Assembly (NCBI GenBank): GCA_965235115.1
Contig: OZ249436.1
Coordinates: 44,020,001-44,084,000 of the forward strand
Length of the DNA: 64,000 nt
Direction of reading: 5' to 3'
From: Laetmonice hystrix
Taxonomy: Eukaryota
Shown: positions 36,885 through 50,900 of the stretch, in pieces
How the letters are laid out: each line of letters opens with the position of its first letter
How positions within the stretch are numbered: the first letter of the stretch is position 1
Notes under the pieces: model-generated
The model's database searches: none
What the model was told of the DNA's origin: nothing
The model's input: the letters and a program-made list of their open reading frames with translations, nothing else
Position numbers and translations under genes: made by a program

Positions 36885-38323
36885 ATCAGAGAGGTATGTA
36901 ATGAGTATATTCTATTAGCTGTGGTAGTCAGAATCGGAGAGGTATGTAATGAGTATATTTTATTAGCTGTGGTATAGTTAGAATCAGAGAGGTATGTAAT
37001 GAGTATATTTTATTAGCTGTGGTAGTCAGAATCGGAGAGGTATGTAATGAGTATATTTTATTAGCTGTGGTAGTTAGAATCGGAGAGGTATGTAATGAGT
37101 ATATTTTATTAGCTGTGGTAGTTAGAATCGGAGAGGTATGTAATGAGTATATTTTATTAGCTGTGCATGGTAGTCAGAATCGGGAAGGTATGTAATGAGT
37201 ATATTTTATTAGCTGTTGTAGTCAGAATCGGTGAGGTATGTAATGAGTATATTTTATTAGCTGTGGTAGTTAGAATTGGAGAGGTATGTAATGAGTATAT
37301 TTTATTAGCTGTGGTAGTCAGAATCGGAGAGGTATGTAATGAGTATATTTTATTAGCTGTGGTAGTCAGAATCGGAGAGGTATGTAATGAGTATATTTTA
37401 TTAGCTATGGTAGTCAGAATCGGAGAGGTATGTAATGAGTATATTTTATTAGCTGTGGGAGTTAGAATCGGAGAGGTATGCAATGAGTATATTTTATTAG
37501 CTGTGGTAGTCAGAATCGGTGAGGTATGTAATGAGTATATTTTATTAGCTGTGGTAGTCAGAATCGGAGAGGTATGTAATGAGTATATTTTATTAGCTGT
37601 GCTAGTCAGAATCGGAGAGGTATGTAATGAGTATATTTTATTAGCTGTGCTAGTCAGAATCGGAGAGGTATGTAATGAGTATATTTTATTAGTTGTGGTA
37701 GTCAGAATCGGAGAGGTATGTAATGAGTATATTTTATAAGCTGTGGTAGTCAGAATCGGAGAGGTATGTAGTGAGTATAATGTTATTAGCTGTGGTAGTC
37801 AGAATCGGAGAGGTATGTAATGAGTATATTTTATTAGCTGTGGTAGTTAGAATCGGAGAGGTATGTAATGAGTATATTTTATTAGCTGTGGTAGTTAGAA
37901 TCGGAGAGGTATGTAATGAGTATATTTGATTAGCTGTGGTAGTCAGAATCGGGAAGGTATGTAATGAGTATATTTTATTAGCTGTTGTAGTCAGAATCGG
38001 TGAGGTATGTAACGAGTATATTTTATTAGCTGTGGTAGTCAGAATCGGAGAGGTATGTAACGAGTATATTTTATTAGCTGTGGTAGTCAGAATCGGAGAG
38101 GTATGTAACGAGTATATTTTATTAGCTGTGATAGTCAGAATCGGAGAGGTATGTAACGAGTATATTTTATTAGCTGTGGTAGTCAGAATCGGAGAGGTAT
38201 GTAACGAGTATATTTTATTAGCTGTGGTAGTCAGGATCGGAGAGGTATGTAATGAGTATATTTTATTAGTCAGAATCGGAGAGGTATGTAATGAGTATAT
38301 TTTATTAGCTGTGGTAGTCAGAA
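36885..38323. repeat. Minisatellite, 48-bp unit, ~30 copies
   Basis: GGTAGTCAGAATCGGAGAGGTATGTAATGAGTATATTTTATTAGCTGT. Confidence 0.95.
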
Positions 38324-40161
38324 TTCCAGAAGTAGTCGGATGTTTGACGGATCGAGTGTTGACAAAGCGTCAATTATATCCGCTAATTTCTCCACTATAA
38401 TTGATGACCGTCCAGGCTGAGTCAAACCGGCGACTGTAATGGGTTTGTTAGAAGGCGGGCGACGTAATAAGTTATTGCAGGTGCATGGGCTTAAAGTACT
38501 GGTGCGACATTTTTTCCTTCAATCCTTAAATTTGACCCAACAGCTGTCTTTTCTTCATAAGATCTTTACCTGAAAGGTATTTGTTGTGCGCACTCGATAA
38601 GCTTAGTGAAAAGTTGAACTCGTCCATTCTCATTTTTGTAAATCTCTGCCCTCCTTTCGTGAACGTAAATATATAATGAAAAGGCACAAGAACTAAATGA
38701 ACCAATTAGCTTATCTTTGACCCCAGTTACATTTATTAACTTGAATAGAGTTTTCAATGCCAAGATCATGGTTTTTTTCATCAGTACTGTTATGCGACCA
38801 CTCCTAGACGAATTATAGGCCTATGTGCCCTCACGATCTCCGATGTCGTTAAATGTATTTTTATCCACTTTTAATTGCTCCTGTAGAATGTGGCAAAAAT
38901 AGGGATTGCAAGCTGAATTAGTTTGATTTTCTGTAAACTTCGTAAACAGTTATATTAAATTAAAGTTCGATTATTATGGGGTGTGCAAGTGGGTCAAGAG
39001 AGAACACGAGGGTCAAGAGCGAACACGAGAAAACACGAGAACAGAGGAGTTTGGGCCTAACGTGGTCGCGATCTCGTCATTTTATCATTGCGAATCCCGG
39101 CAGAACCGGCAACTGTCAACTTCTAAATATTTGTATTTCATGGTTAGGCCTATAGACGCTTTCATTTCTGTACCTTACAAAACAAGAGCACCAACCTGTT
39201 TTACGTATGAAAGAATACTTTTCATTTTCTAGATGTCAAAAGTGACAAAAAACTGGTCGATGTTTGAAAATGTGTTTTCTCATCATTATGTTAAACCAAT
39301 GGGGAAATTGTGACGTAACAATCGTTTAGCGAACGTTGTGACGCGTTTCGAGGCTATTTCTGCTCATAAATACCTCTCAAGGACACGCACAATGTTGGCC
39401 TTATAAACTTTCTGGTCGTGGTAGCGAAAACCAAAATAGGAACAAGAAGTGGAGGCTCCTGTTATACGAGGACCAGAAGATCGGTCTGTTTGTTACGTCA
39501 CGATCCTGGGATAAAACCAGAGTGATGACGTGTGCTCGCCCTGTGTGGTCACTTCCGGTTGTCATATTTGGCGGCCGAGGATTGGTCCTCAAGCATAACT
39601 CGAGATAAACAGATCCCACATCTCGTGGGCCGAGAGCTGCAGCAGACATCGCGTTCTATTATCTTTTAATCATCCTTAAAATGTTCAATCGAGAAATCCA
39701 GAGAACGCGCGGGCAATGGATAGTAGTGACGTCATCAAATTCGGTGTGCTTTTGGTATTTGGGGAAAAAAACCGCTGAATTTATCTTTTGCATTGTTCGA
39801 GCACTAACCTGAACGTAATGATCGGTTGCACTACACCGGAACTGTAAAGTGAGCAGCAGTGAGTTTGTAAACGAGATTGACACTTGTTAGAATCGAGAAC
39901 AAGGTCATATAATATAGGTTAAGGAATTTGATAATGTGGAAAATTGCCGTTATTGTGGCGGGAGCGCGTCGATCATGACGTTATCGTAAACGTATTTCCT
40001 CTGACTATACATAATCGCACACTTACCACCTGCAATTCTCAGAAATTCACAAGGATTAAATAATTACCGTAGAAATGTGAAACTTTTTGACAATCTTCAA
40101 TGCTTCACATACTGCAATTTGTTTATTCATCTAAGAAGTACAAAAAACACCCGCTCTGAAA

Positions 40162-40305
40162 GTCACAGATTTGAGACGTCACAGATTTGAGACGTCACAG
40201 ATTTGAGACGTCACAGATTTGAGACGTCACAGATTTGAGACGTCACAGATTTGAGACGTCACAGATTTGAGACGTCACAGATTTGAGACGTCATAGATTT
40301 GAGAC
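40162..40305. repeat. 16-bp array, ~9 copies
   Basis: GTCACAGATTTGAGAC. Confidence 0.95.
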
Positions 40306-41443
40306 AATGTCTCAGCATTGCATTTCCCTGAACATCCATTTTTACCAGTGGACAACATTCACTACTACTATATCGTGAAAAAAACACTTCCACGAAGTGT
40401 ACTTGAAAGCTTTATATGATATGTTTGCATTGAAGTGCGCGTTCAGACTAGGAATAGAGCCTACACTCTACTGTCCAGTACACAGAACTAGAAACTGGAC
40501 TGAAACACTCTCCTCAACTAGTATGCTATCCACAGAATGATATTCAGAATTCACATGGCCACAGTATAATGCGTAGTGTCAAGCATCAGCGTGTCGTCGC
40601 CCTGTATAAATACGGGACAATTTGCTGAAGGCTGCTGATTAGAAAGGGACGTTTCCTCTTTGTATTGCCGTTATCCCGTTCCGTTTTCAGCCTCTGAATT
40701 TCCAATGATCCGTTCTCCAATTATCTCTCGCCGGAAGTACTTCAGGACACATTATGTATTTCCATAAAATATTTGACTATACGATTGTTAGAAAAATCAA
40801 ATTAGTTTCATGGAAACGTTCGCATGAAAACGCCCCTTATGATCACAGGCCATAGCAGAAAAAATATACATGATGACATCACAATAGCTATACACGTTAT
40901 GGTTCCTTGGTCCATCCTGGGCCCATCGCTCTCCTATATAAAATAACACGTTTCGTGACGACTACCTTGTGACAAATGATTACATATTGTTACACACACC
41001 CAGGCTTACCGATTACTCTAATAACAACCAGTCAGTAATCACATGGAGTCCTTTAACACGTGTCAGCAGTTATAAGATAATAGTGAACCTTTAGTACGCA
41101 TGCCCGTGGTAACAATGCCACCTGACTCGGACAAGGCGCATCACAATGTCAGGGGATATAAGAAAACTTTTACTTTAAAATACTTTGAAATCTTGTATTA
41201 TTATATCACTATCTCACCGTGTGAATATATCTCTAGATAATATTTCAAAAAATATTTAAAAAATATAAGTGTAAGTATATTTAGGCCTAGGAAAGCTAAT
41301 AGAACACGGAATGTTTCAGTGTGGTGCAGTACAATATTCGGTTACAACCAACATGTCGTTCAGCTCATATTCCCCGGAAAGCCTCCTTTCGGCCTATCAA
41401 TCCCAGAATGACATGGCAAAGTCACGAACTGAAATCAAGACTG

Positions 41444-41971
41444 TTAAAGCCTTATTGTTATGGTTTCTGTAGGTCTGTATTCTAGATCAGAAAGCCCTGG
41501 GATACTGTGGTCGAAGTGTGGGTCTCTGTGAGTGTCGTCGATATTTTCATACGTCGGATCGCAAACCTCATACACGTTTTCCACCTGTCCTTCCGCTATC
41601 ATCTGCGCGCGCAGCAGCGGCGGCACCATGACCACTTCCGGTGGTGCCGAGGCTGCCGGTCCCCGCGCCGTCTCCATGGTGACAGGACGTGATGCTGCCA
41701 TGATGCCGGGCTGTTTGACGTCAGATACAGCACGTCGGAGGTCGGCTGACGTGACCTTACCCCCGCCATGACTGCCGCTCATCCACGGCTCGTATGCGGC
41801 GTTCACGTAAGAGTTAGGTTTGTCAGGGTCGAGTTGTCGAGGTAGGGAGGATGAACCTTGACCCAGAGGTTGACCTTTGACCTCCCGCCTCCTGTAGCTC
41901 TTTGGGCTGGCAGTGTCCGGGTCATCCTCACGCCGACCGTCAGACTGACGCTGAGCGAAGTCAATGAAGAG
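41444..41971 (-). CDS. ABCA: ABCA terminal exon (LFIDFA plus long tail)
   Basis: gcag|CTC TTC ATT GAC TTC GCT (VFVNFA-like motif); TAA at 41444-41446. Confidence 0.88.
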   Translation of the reverse strand, partial: LFIDFAQRQSDGRREDDPDTASPKSYRRREVKGQPLGQGSSSLPRQLDPDKPNSYVNAAYEPWMSGSHGGGKVTSADLRRAVSDVKQPGIMAASRPVTMETARGPAASAPPEVVMVPPLLRAQMIAEGQVENVYEVCDPTYENIDDTHRDPHFDHSIPGLSDLEYRPTETITIRL

Positions 41972-44900
41972 CTGCAAGCAACAACCCCCACACCGGTTAC
42001 CAGCGAACAATTTGATAGGACGGGCCTGTCGTTTTTCTTTCTCGGAATTCTGTTCCAAAACTAAACGAGAATTGCCTGCCCTGAATATCCAATGACCTGT
42101 ATGTTGGTTTACTCTGCACTCTGATTGTGAGCGCATAGTGGTGGATACCTCAAAACGAGGCTACCATGCAATACAGGCGGGTCTGACGTCAAAAACACAA
42201 TACGGGAATATATTTTGGACGAACTGACCAATCACGTTTCAGTATTCTGATCAACCAAATCACCTTATCTAAGGTTGTCTGCGCAATGGAGTAATCCTCT
42301 ATGTGCAAGGCGGCCTTCCGTGTCTCCAGTACGTCAAACAGGTGGGCGAGGCTGCACACCTGGGACGGGATCTCAAACTCTAGCAGTTTGTGGTGACGAT
42401 CCTGGTCGGATACAAAATACAGAATAGCTTTTCGTCTGGGCTCACATCTTAACATCTTAAGACACTGCTTAAGCTTGAGCTTAACGCTTCTGATTGGCTC
42501 GTCTGTGGCAACTAGCCAGTCAGAAGCTTTATGCTTAAGCTCTTCAAGATCACAAGTTTTTATGAATGGGAACAAGATTTATTATTATTATTATGATACG
42601 GTAGAAATGATCTTTATCTGTCCTATTGGTAAAGGTGTTTCACATGTAAGCATCAGAAAGATGTATGCCATGATGCCAGTTTCTGACGTTATAGTTCACT
42701 AGCCAATCCCGAAAACTCATCAAACATCAAAATACTATGATGATATAACAGCTGGGTATATATCACAAGACGACCATAAAACGATCGGCATTGTTCGCCA
42801 GGCGGGTTCAAATGTTTTATTCGGATAACAGACCATTTTAAACTGTTTCCCAAACGTTTATTATCAGAATAACTTACCTTGAGGACGGTGCCAGGGAAGG
42901 ACCCCAGTAGGAAGTCTGTGATACCTTGTTGGTTCAACGTGTGACCTGACACTCGAACTTTTACTGTGTAACTGCCCCCGTACCTACGATTGAAACACAC
43001 ATATTTTTATATATATAAAAATAATAGTAATAGCACGCTACAGACTGCAAAAATTAAAATTATTCAGTACTACCCCTGCATAACTGCATGGACAACGGGG
43101 ATATCCCTTTTTTTAAAATAGCAATTAAAAATGATAAAAATGATAGATTTGGGAGGGCCCCCAGACGGCGGGCATGGATCACCCCCCCCCCCCCACATTA
43201 TATCCTGGCGGAAACACTGCTACTAAGCCAATGAACTCGTCCGGCGGGCGTTGTTTGAAGATGTAAAGGACATGTAAACTATATCTCGGGCTGATATAGT
43301 CCCTGTTCTGCTGAGAGCTATCTGACCTAGACACTGACCGAGGCAGGGAACATTAAAATAATGTTTCCAGGAACAGGATGACCAGAGGTACAATCGGAAT
43401 GTTTATGTTTAATCTTTATGGATCTGTTCATGTATCCATACCTGTACATACAAGTAAATGTTGTCTCCACTATAGCATACCGCAGGTCAAACACTCGTCA
43501 ATATATTTCTGAGAGATAGCCTCTAAAAACCGCTAAACCACTGAGGTCCACTGGAGGCATTAACTTCTTTGAGAATGTGGGTTAAATATATGCTCAACAG
43601 CCATGCTTAACAACTGTCCTAAAGGCGGGTAAGGTCGAGTAGAGACAATAACATTTGGCTCTGCACTCTAATAAACGTTATTTTGAGATACAGAAAAGGT
43701 GAAACATTAGTTTGAACCATGAGGTGTAGGCCTACCCTGCTTGCCCTGAAACAGCACTTACAGTATGATTCTATAGGCCTTACGTTTGGCAGCAGCTCAT
43801 TCGAGCTCCCTAACGACATTACTTCTACTTGAATTGTTGCAGCATGACAAGATCAAATGACAACGAAAAAGATTAAAACTTACTTGTTTTTCAAGTGTTG
43901 TCCGCTGCCGAGGCACATGAAGTTGCCGTTGACCATTATGGCGAGCCTAGTGCAGAGGGCGTCACACTCGGCCATGCTGTGTGACGTCAGAATGACGGAA
44001 CGTCCGTCCTTGACGACACCAATGACGTTGTTCCAGACAAGGCGCCGAGTACTCGGGTCCATACCAGTGGTCGGCTCATCCTGCAAACAACACTCTCTAA
44101 CCTTAGTTACATAAATTCAGGTCCATGGCAGACACTTCCAAAGGGGTGGGTCGTTTGGGGAAAAAAGTGGACCGTTTACTTCCAAAGGGGCGGGTCGTTT
44201 GGGGAGAAAAGTGAACCGTTTACTTCCAAAGGGGTGGGTCGTTTGGGGAGAAAAGTGGACCTTTTTGAAGGCGTGGACAATTATTTGTTAAAAGATGGAC
44301 CTTTTGGGCGGCAACAGACCTAGGCCTACAACCAGTTGCTTCCATTGAAGGCGTTCTTGCTCTCCACCGAAAACTGACAACTGACACCCCCCCCCCCCCC
44401 GGCTACGGGCCTGAAACTCTAAGGGAATTCTTTACCCTAACGGCCTACCTATACTTGAGGTAGGCATGAAGATGATGGTGGGTCACATGGTGTTTTCAGG
44501 GTAGAATATAAGGGTCTACCTTTACACGAATGGACTACATGAGGCTAACTATTTTCCCTGCAAAATACCGACCAGTTGCTGCTTAATGTGCAAAGCAATC
44601 GAGTGCCTGATTTGAGCAAACACAACAGGCTCCGGACTAGGGAAGCCCGTGGGGGTCGGCCATTTTACAGGCCATCCGATCCTTCCTGCCTGGGGCCCTA
44701 CTGGGGTATCAGTGTGACGTCACAGGACGGGCAGACATGTAAGCCCAATCAGTACTGTTTACAGGTTGACGTTCCCTGGCTCGGCCTACCACCGTCCACG
44801 TCAGACCAGGTGTCAGACCATTTATATTAGATATAACGATCTAGACCTACCACGGCTATGGATCAGTGAAGTGTACACTTGACCCCAACCCCTCCTTTAC

Positions 44901-47900
44901 CTGTGCAAGTGACCATATCACAGACACAAAGGGACTCAGTGATGAATGGAGGAGAAACCAAGCCTCTCCCCCGGGTCTACTCGTTCCCACAGGTACTCCG
45001 ACCTCATTATATGAAGCAGGCTTGTTGTTCGCTTACACAGGTATATATTCCACTTATTAGCTCTGTCTGGCATGACTGAGCCATATAATGATAAGATATA
45101 GGTAATCCTTATATATCACATAATATATCACATTCACCTGTAACTAAAGCAATAGTTGGGATCGTATAATGTGGATTATAATGTGACAAATATGATATTC
45201 TTGAAGCTACAAAGTGGGCATCTACATTTGTTCCCTTGCTGACATACAAGGTCCTGGGGATGTCTGTATATATATATGAGCCGTCCTTGGGAGATTTTGT
45301 TCACATGAAGTTATCAGTGTCTCTAATATAGGTCTAGTTTCCAGCATGTTTGTCTACGACTAGCTGCTATTTTTTCACGTGTCTACACTATGCTATCTTT
45401 CATGTGTCTCCGTAAGCAGTTTGCCTCATACCTTCTCTTACTTCTTTTTTTGTTTTAAATTATTCTATAATTCTTTTTTAAAATGATCAATATTAGTTGT
45501 GTTTAATTAATTAATTAATCCTGCAAAAATGAATGTTGCCCTTAGGTTAAGGGGCAAATGTATAAATTGTAGAAATGAAGTAAATGAAATAAGTGCAAAT
45601 TTGTACACACGAATATAAGATTATGCTGTGTCATGTGACGGGGACCAGACACGCCTTTTTATTCAGGTCAGTGGTGAAGGAAATTGTACAACATGAACAC
45701 AGCACAAAACATGACCTTTGGCGATTTATACGCTCCACAGAGAGGTGTACATGTGACGCGATCTCCTGAAGACATAGCTCTGGGGGTAAGGACAGAACTT
45801 AGAGAGCAAGGAACTTTAAACTCCTACATAGTCCCTCTCTGTGTACTATGATAACACACACCCCGGCACTCTCGATACTAATGGTAACACTGTCAGCTGT
45901 GGTCACGCTGTCAGCTGTGGTAACACTGTCAGCTGTGGTAACACTGTCAGCTGTGGTAACACTGTTAGCTGTGGTAACACTGTCAGCTGTGGTAACACTG
46001 TCAGCTGTGGTAACACTGTCAGCTGTTGTCACACTGTCAGCTGTGGTAACACTGTCAGCTGTGGTAACACTGTCAGCTGTGGTAACACTGTCAGCTGTGG
46101 TAACACTGTCAGCTGTGGTAACACTGTCAGCTGTGATAGCACTGTCAGCTGTGGTCACACTGTCACCCGTGGTAACACTGTCAGCTGTGGTAACACTGTC
46201 AGCTGTGGTAGCACTGTCAGCTGTGGTAACACCTGTGGTAACACTGTCAGCTGTGGTAACACTGTCACCCGTGGTAACACTGCCACCTGTGTTAATACTG
46301 TCAGTTGCGGTAACACTGTCAGCTGTGGTAACACTGCCACCTGTGGCAACACTGTCACCTGTGGCAACACTGTCACCTGTGGTAACACTGTCACCTGTGG
46401 TAACACTGTCAGCTGTGGTAACACTGTCACCTGTGATAACACTGTCACCTGTGGTAACACTGTCACCTGTGGTAACACTGTCACCTGTGGTAAAACTGGC
46501 ACCTGTGGCAACACTGTCACCCGTGGTAACACTGTCACCCGTGGTAACACTGTCACCCGTGGTAACACTGTCACCCGTGGTAACACTGTCACCCGTGGTA
46601 ACACTGTCACCCGTGGTAACACTGTCACCCGTGGTAACATTGTCACCCACACTGTCAGCTGTGGTAACACTGTCACCCGTGGTAACACTGTCACCCGTGG
46701 TAACACTGCCACCTGCGTGTCATGTAACTAACAATGTATTGAAAAGCGTGAAGCGGTTGAACCGATCTCGGGATGGTAATAGTACCGGTCTATGCTGAGC
46801 TGGGTAAATCACTGCCCAACAAGTGTATGCGTCCGCCACGCAATATCTGCCATGTTTGTACACGTACTGGGGGCATAGAATTACAAGCTATAGAAACACA
46901 ACGCAGCTACGGTTCTAGAACTTTTATTTCTTTATACCTTGAGGAACGAAATTTGTTAACGGGGGGCACGAAGATAAATGAGATATACTTGCCAGAAGGA
47001 CGAGTTCTGGTTCACCAAGCAGTGCGAGCGCTGTCGACAATTTTCGTTTGTTCCCACCACTGTAAGTGTTCACCGGTTTGTCGGCCCATTTCTCCAACCC
47101 GAACCTCTGGATGGCTGACTCACATACCTGGGTGAGGATATAATATTGAGTTGTTAGAATTCACACTCACACATTCACACAACATTCACACGGCATTCAC
47201 AGAGCATTCACAATCGTACTGCGTTCAGACAGGCTGCAATTGTCTGATAATGCTAGTCGTGTGAGAAATGATTTGGCTGGTATTATCGTGACTGACTCCC
47301 ATCAGGGGGGGAAGACCTGAAACTAGTTCAGACTCGTCAAGGATAGTCTGTCGTGCTCATTCACCCTACCCTGGGCCTTTATTTAAAACCCTAACAAACA
47401 CCCTTTATATAAAATGGGGTAATTTTTTTAAGTTTCTTTTTTCTCTTTTCTAATTTTAAGGCTAAAAGGGAGATATCGGTCGACCATAAATTCTCACAGG
47501 GCACGACAACTAAAGGCCCTGATACACAGACCGAGGTACGGCCGATTTGGAGATACGGCCGATTTTTCTCCATAGTGTTCATGAAACAAGAATGAGAGAG
47601 GGGCGAAGGGCGCTTACCTTTGGCAGGTCGTGGGAGGGGATAGCTTACCTTTGGCAGGTCGTGGGAGGGGATAGCTTACCTTTGGCAGGTCGTGGGAGGG
47701 GATAGCTTACCTTTGGCAGGTCGTGGGAGGGGATAGCTTACCTTTGGCAGGTCGTGGGAGGGGATACCCTTTAGCCGGCAGTAGAAGTAGATCATCTCGT
47801 TGGCTGTTAACATTGGATCTAGACCATCATTCTGAGGGCAGTACCCAACGTTTTGATCCATGTTTGAGAGGTCTGACGAGATCCTGTAACGACCAATTCA

Positions 47901-50900
47901 AGTCACATCACAGCACGCTCAGCACAGAATGCTAGCTCAAGCAAATTCACTGAACACGCGTCATTACCGTATAACACATCATTTTTATTTTGTTAATTCA
48001 TATTTTTTATATATAGGCTAAAAGGCCATAAGAATGGAACACATGCCAAACTTTATCCACGAGAGGGAGTTACTAGTATGATCAAAGGAAACGAGACAAG
48101 TATGACAAGTATAAAAACTGTACGCTCGTAGTGAATGTGAAGGACAAAAGATCTCAAGTGACACCTCACCAAACCTAATCTATCCCCGACTCCCGGTCCT
48201 CAGATATCCTCAAAATACTGACCTCTATCTCTGCCCCAGAACTTACCACCGGCCCTCATACATCCTCAAATACTGACCTCTATCTCTGCCCCAAAACTTA
48301 CCACCAGCCCTCAGACATCCTCAAAATACTGACCTCTATCTCTGCCCCAAAACTTACCACCGGCCCTCATACATCCTCAAAATACTGACCTCTATCTCTG
48401 CCCCAAAACTTACCACCGGCCCTCATACATCCTCAAATACTGACCTCTATCTCTTACCATAACTTACCACCGGCCCTCAGACATCTTCAAATACTGACCT
48501 CTATCTCTGCCCCAAAACTTACCACCGGCCCTCAGACATCTTCAAATACTGACCTCTATCTCTGCCCCAAAACTTACCACCGGCCCTCATACATCCTCAA
48601 ATACTGACCTCTATCTCTGCCCCAAAACTTACCACCGGCCCTCAGACATCCTCAAATACTGACCTCTATCTCTGCCCCAAAACTTACCACCGGCCCTCAG
48701 ACATCCTCAAAATACTGACCTCTATCTCTGCCCCAAAACTTACCACCGGCCCTCAGACATCCTCAAAATACTGACCTCTATTTCTGCCCCAAAACTTACC
48801 ACCGGCCCTCAGACATCCTCAAATACTGACCTCTATCTCTGCCCCAAAACTTACCACCGGCCCTCAGACATCCTCAAATACTGACCTCTATCTCTGCCCC
48901 AAAACTTACCACCGGCCCTCAGACATCCTCAAATACTGACCTCTATCTCTGTCCCAAAACTTACCACCGGCCCTCAGACATCCTCAAATACTGACCTCTA
49001 TCTCTGTCCCAAAACTTACCACCGGCCCTCAGACATCCTCAAATACTGACCTCTATCTCTGCCCCAAAACTTACCACCGGCCCTCATACATCCTCAAAGA
49101 CTGACCTCTATCTCTGCCCCAAAACTTACCACCGGCCCTCAGACATCTTCAAAATACTGACCTCTATCTCTGCCCCAAAACTTACCACCGGCCCTCAGAC
49201 ATCCTCAAATACTGACCTCTATCTCTGCCCCAAAACTTACCACCGGCCCTCAGACATCCTCAAAGACTGACCTCTATCTCTTACCATAACTTACCACCGG
49301 CTCTCAATGTCATAGGATGTTACCACCTCATGATAGAAATAATTAAAACAAACAGACCAACCAATGACCCGAGAATAAATCATTTCTTTATAATTGTAAA
49401 GATAAAGATATTTCTCAAATTGTGACAACCTTACCCACATAGTTCCCGGTGCCGTGATACGCTATGAAATGGAGAAGATCACTCAGTACAGTAGGAAACG
49501 TCAGGTGTACTTATTATAATTCCCGCCCTAACCGATTACCAAGGTGACCTAATCTTTCTGAGCTGACTCTCAAACGTTACACCGATTACCAAGGTGACCT
49601 AATCTCCCGGAGCTGACTCTCAAACGTTACACCGATTACCAAGGTGACCTAATCTCCCGGAGCTGACTCTCAAACGTTACACCGATTACCAAGGTGACCT
49701 AATCTCCCAGAGCTGACTCTCAAACGTTACACCGATTACCAAGGTGACCTAATCTCCCGGAGCTGACTCTCAAACGTTACACCGATTACCAAGGTGACCT
49801 AATCTTCCTGAGCTGACTCTCAAACGTTACACCGATTACCAAGGTGACCTCATCTCCCAGAGCTGACTCTCAAACGTTACACCGATTACCAAGGTGACCT
49901 AATCTTCCTGAGCTGACTCTCAAACGTTACACCGATTACCAAGGTGACCTAATCTCCTATACGGCGTGGAACTCACCCATGGTTCCCCACACAGTCGCTC
50001 TAATTCTGATCTCTCACACCACAAACATTTCTTCACCAACACTGACGATTTCAGTTTTGGAATGTGTGTTTTTTCCCCTCTGAGCGGGTAACAGTAACCG
50101 GGTGGTACGTACATTTTATTTTTAAAGACGGCGGCCCCTCGTGTAGGGACAATGTCACCTGTTATCATCTTGAATGATGTCGTCTTCCCAGCCCCGTTAA
50201 CACCGAGCAGGCCAAAACACTGAAACCGCAAAACAAGTCTTCACAACGGGTGGGGGGAGGGGGGGGGGAGATTTAAAAAAGTACAAGTTACAGTTCAGCG
50301 TCACAAAGTAAGTGTTCAGATAGAGAGAGAAAGAAGAAAGATATATTTCAAATGTAAAGTAGATGACACAACCTATAGTTTAAAAAGGTGTCGGGCTATA
50401 TTAAAACAGTTACAGAATCATGGTTGCTGTCAAGAGGTTCCAGAGCGTCTCACCAGGGTGACAGGCTGTTGGTCAGTTATTGACCACGACAACGACTTCA
50501 TGGATTCAATACGGGTTTTTGAAAACATGTTATGACAAAGTTTATTACGGGTGGTTCACCACACTGAACATTATTCCTAACTCTACCACATCTTGGCTCA
50601 CGCATGACAACCCCCACCACAACAACAATACAGTAGAGAATGCTAGGACCTACCTCACCACGTGGGACACCTAGGCACAGATTGTTGACGGCTAACACTT
50701 TGTTAAACCCACGTCGGTATACCTACAACGAGAGAAAAACACGAGAAAACATCTTATAGAGAGAATATGGTAACATACTGACATGTCACATGTAAACAAA
50801 CATCTTATAGAGAGAATATGGTAACATACTTATAGGTTAAACGAACATCTTATAGAGAGAATATGGTAACATACTGACATGTCACATGTAAACACACATC

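Noticed and set aside
36885-38400. VVVRIGEVCNEYILLA repeat ORFs
   Set aside because: A 48-bp array that is open by chance; interrupted by indel and stop variants.
45799-46798. Long ORFs in several frames (283, 296, 316, 185 aa)
   Set aside because: Translation of an 18-bp intronic minisatellite inside an ABCA intron; no splice or homology support.
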